From an uncultured Bacteroidota bacterium (lineage in GTDB: Bacteria > Bacteroidota > Bacteroidia > 2-12-FULL-35-15), in NCBI GenBank assembly GCA_903847205.1, contig CAINDA010000028.1, positions 4,603 to 68,602 of the forward strand: a DNA stretch of 64,000 bases. The letters are read 5' to 3'. A program made the position numbers and the translations under genes. The notes beneath the pieces were generated by a model, which saw nothing but the letters and a program-made list of their open reading frames with translations, was not told where the DNA came from and searched no databases. Each line of letters starts with the position of its first letter. Positions within the stretch are counted from its first letter, which is position 1. Positions 58,395 through 64,000 of the stretch are shown piece after piece.

Positions 58395-59048
58395 TTAATT
58401 CTGTACAAATACCGAACGTGTAATACTTGCCGGGCCGGTACCTGCGGCGTTATGAGCAAATACTTTAATATTTATTCCGGCGCCAAGAGGGAGGCCGCTT
58501 AAAGTTTCGTGTGAAGTAGCATTTGCAATAAAACTTATAGGTGCGGCACCTGCAGCAATATTTATCTGTTTATTGTTGCTTAATGTAACTGCAGCTTCGG
58601 CACCCACAAAAGCAATAATGCTGTATTTTTCAACACCTGCCATTGGTATTATCTGCACAACTATATTACCGTTTTTAGAAGTTAAATCTTTTATAACAGC
58701 CTGTCCGGGTAAAACAGAAGGTGTGCGTTCAGTGGCAGTGTTTTCGAAACCTGCACTGTGAATTTTAGCAACATCTTCACCGCAGTTTAATGTTACATAT
58801 TCGCCTACCTCAGTAAGCATAGTGCATGAATCGATTAAAGTACTATCATACACATCTTTATCAGCTTTTCTGTTGTTATAGGCATTTAAGCATACAACGC
58901 CTTGAGCTGTTATAGCAGCCGGTGTATGAGGCGGGTTAGGATAAGCGGCATTGTTAAGCATTTCGGTGCCCACGTTTGAGAGGATGCCTGCTGTTATAAG
59001 GCCGTTTTTTCTTGTCCAAGTATCTTTAACTTTTGGTTTTAGTGACAT
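58395..59048 (-). CDS. Hypothetical protein with a C-terminal fibronectin-type-III-like domain and no signal peptide
   Basis: The C-terminus ..GAGINIKVFAHNAAGTGPASITRSVFV resembles FN3 F-G strands. The N-terminal ~110 aa are unassigned. The gene is monocistronic, with its own terminator. Confidence 0.45.
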   Translation of the reverse strand: MSLKPKVKDTWTRKNGLITAGILSNVGTEMLNNAAYPNPPHTPAAITAQGVVCLNAYNNRKADKDVYDSTLIDSCTMLTEVGEYVTLNCGEDVAKIHSAGFENTATERTPSVLPGQAVIKDLTSKNGNIVVQIIPMAGVEKYSIIAFVGAEAAVTLSNNKQINIAAGAAPISFIANATSHETLSGLPLGAGINIKVFAHNAAGTGPASITRSVFVQN

Positions 59049-59177
59049 ATTTCTTTTGTTAAATGTTTTCGAAACAAAGAAAAAGAGTCCCTGAAATTTA
59101 TTTTATGATACTGCTCATAATCATTTCTGCTTTTTCGCAAGTTTTAAAATAGAGAATAAATTTTTTGGCAGCGAGCA

Positions 59178-59199
59178 TTTTTGGCAGTTTCTGCCAAAA
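59178..59199. promoter_or_regulatory. Operator-like palindrome ttttggcag-ttt-ctgccaaaa, with a partial upstream direct copy
   Basis: 9-bp arms (59179-59187 / 59191-59199). ttttttggcagcgagc precedes it at 59161-59176. Confidence 0.4.
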
Positions 59200-59226
59200 T
59201 AAATTCTGAACAAGGCTGTAAAAACA

Positions 59227-59406
59227 TTATCATAGCTATGATAATGTTTATCATAGGTATGATAGAAGTTATCATAGCTATGATAAACTCTTTCAAAGGT
59301 ATGATAGAAGTTATCATAGCTATGATAACGTTTATCAAAGGTATGATAGCTGTTATCATAGCTATGATAAACTCTTTCAAAGGTATGATAGACTTTATCA
59401 TAGCTT
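59227..59406. repeat. Phased tandem array of 8.5 x 21-bp palindromic units (42-bp higher-order period)
   Basis: The perfect 18-bp palindrome TTATCATAGCTATGATAA occurs at 59227, 59269, 59311, 59353 and 59395 (truncated). It alternates with TTTATCATAGGTATGATAG-like half-degenerate units at +21. Confidence 0.9.
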
Positions 59407-59425
59407 GTTTAAACATCCTGCAAGA

Positions 59426-59607
59426 CCTCACCCCCGGCCCCTCTCCTTGAAAAAGGAGAGGGGAGCCATAATTTTAAGAATTTGAATGGATACAGAATAG
59501 AACCCCTCTCCTTTTTCAAGGAGAGGGGCAGGGGTGAGGTGAATGAGTGTTTTGGTTTATGTGATAGAACCCCTCTCCTTTTTCAAGGAGAGGGGCAGGG
59601 GTGAGGT
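59426..59607. repeat. Three REP-like hairpin elements (copy 1 inverted relative to copies 2 and 3)
   Basis: cctcacccc.gcccctctcctt-GAAA-aaggagagggg has an 11-bp stem and a GNRA loop. Copy 1 is at 59426-59466; reverse-complement copies are at 59499-59541 and 59567-59607. Confidence 0.85.
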
Positions 59608-59694
59608 AAATTAATAATTGCTCGTCTTGTATAAAAGAATTAAATTGCAGTGCAAATCGAAAGAATTATAAATTAATTTCTAATCTATCACGAT

Positions 59695-61425
59695 ATGAAA
59701 AAACATATACTCTTATCAGCTTTAGCATTTTTAACTTTTATAACTATTGAATGCCATGCACAGCTGCCAACCGGCAGTATAGCTCCCGATTGGACTTTTA
59801 CTGACATAAACGGTGTAAGTCATCATTTGTATGCCGATTTAGATGCAGGTAAAACTGTTTATCTTGATTTATCAACTACATGGTGTGCCGGATGCTGGGA
59901 TTGGCATACGAGCGGTTATATTGAAACACTCTGGCAGAATCACGGCCCTATTGGTCAGCCAGGGGTTAGCCCGAGTTCAACAAATGATATTCTTTTTTAT
60001 CTGATGGAATGCGACGGCTCAAATAATTATGCCTGCCTTATAGGCGATAATGTTAATTGTACAAATGTTTACAATGAAGCAAGCATGGGCAATTGGGTTA
60101 CAGGAACCAATTATCCGATAATTGATCCGCCGTCGCCTGCCATTGATGTATTCAATACTAATTACCAGAGCGGCAGTTACCCTACAATTTTTGTGATTTG
60201 TCCCGACCGCTCCTTAACAAACTATTGGAATAATGCTCCGCCGGATATGTATCAGGCTGCAACCTGCGCCACTGCTTCAGCAGGAGCCGATGCCCGTATG
60301 AGAGTAATGGATTTATTTCCGCCCCTGCTCGAATCCTGCGACAGCGTTATACCGGCATTTCATATTTCAAATAATGGAAGCAGTACGTTAACCTCGGCCA
60401 ATATTGCCTTTAAAGTGGATGGTATAACTCAAAAAAATTATCATTGGACAGGCAGCCTTCCCACTTATCACGATGCATTAATCAGCGGCATCAAAGTAGG
60501 TTCATCAGTGCCGGGCCATCATACTGCTTCAGTTGTAGTTTCCAGCCCCAACGGACTCACTGACCCTACACCATCAAACAATACTGCAGCACTGTCATTT
60601 AATATTTATCCTTCCGTTGGCCCGCTGGTTTCAGAATCATTCGAAGCTTCCGGAATACCATCTTCCTGGACTATCGGCAATGGCGGACATGCGCCAACCT
60701 GGACAACAGGTTCTGTAGGCTATAATTCTTCGAAATCTGCTTTTTTAAATTGGAACGACAGCATTCCTGATATGTATGAAGTAGATTTGTTTAATATTAA
60801 AGCGCAGTCGTTTGCCAATGCAGGTTCTGCTTCATTAACGTTTGATGTTGCTTATTGCGAAAGCTTTTATCAATATAATCTTGCAGAATTAGATGTTGAA
60901 ATTTCTACCGACTGCGGTATTACATGGCTATCAAAATATGCGAAAATCGGCAATGCTTTGGCCACAAAGCCCTATAGCAACAACCCTTTTGTCCCTGCAT
61001 CTGCAGCAGATTGGAGACATGAAACAGTAAATTTAACATCCGCTGCCGGGCAGTCGCATGTGTTAATTCGCTTTAAAGCAACTTCAGCTAACGGCAATAA
61101 TTTATATATCGATAATATTAATGTAACCGCTGCAGTTACCACAGGCATTGAAGAAGCAGGAAGGATTAATACAATAAATGTTTATCCTAATCCGATAACA
61201 AATAATGCAACTATTGATTTTAACTTAGTTAAAGATGCTGATAATGTATCAATTTTGCTGGTGAATGAACTTGGCCAGGAAGTATTAAATAAAAATCTCG
61301 GGCATTTAAGTTCAGGAGAACAAAATTATAATCTTAATGTTTCCGCATTAAATAATGGATTGTATTTATTGAAAATTAAAACCGGCGAAAATATAATCAC
61401 CAAAAAAGTATTTATAGATAAATAA
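59695..61425 (+). CDS. T9SS-secreted protein with an N-terminal thioredoxin-fold (CxxC) domain and a C-terminal Por secretion tail
   Basis: Signal peptide. DWTFTDINGVSHHLYADLDAGKTVYLDLSTTWCAGCW is a redoxin-like motif. C-terminal VYPNP..N.ATIDF......V.I.LVN.LGQEV......GLYLLKIKTG is a T9SS CTD. Confidence 0.7.
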   Translation: MKKHILLSALAFLTFITIECHAQLPTGSIAPDWTFTDINGVSHHLYADLDAGKTVYLDLSTTWCAGCWDWHTSGYIETLWQNHGPIGQPGVSPSSTNDILFYLMECDGSNNYACLIGDNVNCTNVYNEASMGNWVTGTNYPIIDPPSPAIDVFNTNYQSGSYPTIFVICPDRSLTNYWNNAPPDMYQAATCATASAGADARMRVMDLFPPLLESCDSVIPAFHISNNGSSTLTSANIAFKVDGITQKNYHWTGSLPTYHDALISGIKVGSSVPGHHTASVVVSSPNGLTDPTPSNNTAALSFNIYPSVGPLVSESFEASGIPSSWTIGNGGHAPTWTTGSVGYNSSKSAFLNWNDSIPDMYEVDLFNIKAQSFANAGSASLTFDVAYCESFYQYNLAELDVEISTDCGITWLSKYAKIGNALATKPYSNNPFVPASAADWRHETVNLTSAAGQSHVLIRFKATSANGNNLYIDNINVTAAVTTGIEEAGRINTINVYPNPITNNATIDFNLVKDADNVSILLVNELGQEVLNKNLGHLSSGEQNYNLNVSALNNGLYLLKIKTGENIITKKVFIDK

Positions 61426-61540
61426 AAAAGCAGTAGTCCTCTTTTATAATTCCAAAACATTTTCTGAAAATAATAACCTTCAAATGCTCTCGATATAGTT
61501 TATCCTGAGTGAAGCCGAAGGACTCGAACTAACTCGGCGT

Positions 61541-61618
61541 GTTGTCACTCTGAGCTTGTCGAAGAGTGTGCGTAAGCTCCCCCGCATGTTTCGACAGGCT
61601 TAACATGACAGCGCACAT
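61541..61618. repeat. Dispersed intergenic repeat family 2, copy B (modules in M1-M2 order, imperfect inverted symmetry)
   Basis: gtcactctgagcttgtcgaagagtgtgcgt + aagctcccccgcatgtttcgacaggcttaacatgacagcgcac. Confidence 0.7.
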
Positions 61619-61636
61619 AAAAATATTTTAATCAAA

Positions 61637-61672
61637 AAAAAGAACCTCCCCGTTTCCGGGAAGGTTCAATTC
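61637..61672 (-). terminator. Probable groEL terminator
   Basis: Minus strand: ccttccc-ggaaac-ggggagg (one mismatch) followed by UUCUUUUUUUU. Confidence 0.45.
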
Positions 61673-61698
61673 ATAAAATTAATATAAGCTTTTGATGA

Positions 61699-63345
<1,647 letters not shown>

Positions 63346-63512
63346 TTATTTATTGATTAATTATTTGTTTGTTGTTTTTTGTTTAGTCCCCCTTGTGGGT
63401 TTTAGCTTGTGTGATAGAGAAAGGGGGAGCGCTGGCTCTGTGTGCTGCAGGGGGATGTTACCCGCTTCGCTTTTCTCCATTTCTCCAACTCTCTAATTCT
63501 CTATTTCCCTAA

Positions 63513-63815
63513 TTATACTATCGCGAAAATATCAGTCTCGCGCATAATCAAATAATCTTTGCCTTCAATTTGTACTTCAGTACCGGCATATTTTCCGTAC
63601 AATACGGTATCGCCAACTTTCACTGCTGGTTTGTTGCCTTTTTCATCAATATCGCTTACTGCAATAACTTTTCCTCTTTGAGGTTTTTCTTTTGCAGTAT
63701 CAGGAATAATAATTCCTCCTTTTGTTTTTTCTTCAGCTGCAGCAGCTTCAACTACTACTCTGTTTTGAGTACCTGCAACAGGCTCAATGTTTACTTTTGT
63801 GTGTGCTTTTGCCAT
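63513..63815 (-). CDS. groS: Co-chaperonin GroES
   Basis: 100 aa. [14 protein letters not shown] mobile loop and [16 protein letters not shown]. Confidence 0.9.
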   Translation of the reverse strand: MAKAHTKVNIEPVAGTQNRVVVEAAAAEEKTKGGIIIPDTAKEKPQRGKVIAVSDIDEKGNKPAVKVGDTVLYGKYAGTEVQIEGKDYLIMRETDIFAIV

Positions 63816-63960
63816 TTTTATTTATTGTTTTAAAGGTTAATTAGTTTATAGTCCCGCATGTGCGGGATTTAAATGCTCCCGACTTTGTCAGTTATTATGC
63901 CAAAGCAGGTATTCATAGTTATAAAGGACAATTTTGCAGTTCAACGGTTAATTGCAATAA

Positions 63961-63995
63961 AAAATGTCAGACTTTGGTGACAGTCTGACATTTTA
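63961..63995. repeat. Perfect 13-bp inverted repeat aaaatgtcagact-ttggtga-cagtctgacatttt at the window edge
   Basis: Read directly from the sequence. It may be a terminator or operator for a gene beyond the window. Confidence 0.5.
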
Positions 63996-64000
63996 AATAT

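Noticed and set aside
59161-59199. Sigma-54 -24/-12 promoter suggested by the repeated TTGGCAG
   Set aside because: The spacing and the -12 element (TTGCW) do not fit: TGGCAG-N5-GCCAA or ATTTT. More consistent with a simple palindromic operator.
59227-59406. Possible CRISPR array
   Set aside because: The units are 21 bp and contiguous, with no unique spacers. They are themselves palindromic and alternate between two near-identical types. No cas genes and no leader-like AT-rich flank with degenerate terminal repeat.
59144-59450. Two overlapping ORFs (95 aa on the minus strand, 89 aa on the plus strand) encoding IIAMITS-type repeats
   Set aside because: Both are open only because the underlying 21-bp palindromic tandem repeat is in-frame and stop-free on both strands. 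No start context or plausible protein features. Treated as a DNA-level repeat array.

Overview
The window is a 64-kb chromosomal stretch from a low-to-moderate-GC Bacteroidota-type genome. The phylum call rests on several T9SS C-terminal sorting domains, TPR-fused LytS-type kinases paired with LytTR regulators, and TAnnTTTG-like -7 promoter boxes. I found no rRNA, no tRNA and no CRISPR array.

Most of the window is ordinary housekeeping or accessory metabolism:
- an alpha-oxoamine synthase (Spt-like), divergent from an ALDH / GMC-oxidoreductase / small-subunit operon
- a DUF5686 protein and a sphingomyelinase-like EEP protein
- a TPR-PP2C phosphatase
- a 1556-aa T9SS adhesin built from ~0.81-kb near-identical DNA super-repeats, with dockerin-like and cohesin-like modules
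- two LytTR two-component systems
- lpdA, an M61 peptidase, an M23/LysM peptidase, a WG-repeat protein and a DEAD-box helicase
- a stress cluster (ECF sigma factor with long C-terminal domain, VOC, SRPBCC, YciI, HxlR/DsbA)
- an acyl-CoA-reductase-like gene with a ferredoxin
- a phenylacetate-CoA epoxidase cluster (paaA..paaBCD, an enoyl-CoA hydratase and a 3-hydroxyacyl-CoA dehydrogenase), interrupted by a PaiB-like gene and a secreted 3x-repeat protein
- a T9SS type-B protein
- a three-gene Lgm/Arn-like cluster (YdjC deacetylase, GT2, DUF2029 membrane glycosyltransferase)
- groES-groEL

The most unusual part is an AT-rich island of small genes at roughly 53.6-59.7 kb, between the glycosyltransferase cluster and groESL. 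It contains:
- a protein made of two tandem SiaB/RsbW-like GHKL halves
- two paralogous lipoprotein genes, each carrying the same hairpin leader motif
- a HepT/MntA toxin-antitoxin pair
- an uncharacterised small basic protein / HEPN-like (Rx4HG) / transmembrane-protein operon
- an FN3-containing orphan protein
- at least two families of dispersed intergenic repeats
- an array of 8.5 phased 21-bp palindromic repeats (42-bp higher-order unit, sopC/iteron-like), immediately followed by three GNRA-hairpin REP-like elements

These last items are the best candidates for an undescribed system and for an integrated-element remnant.
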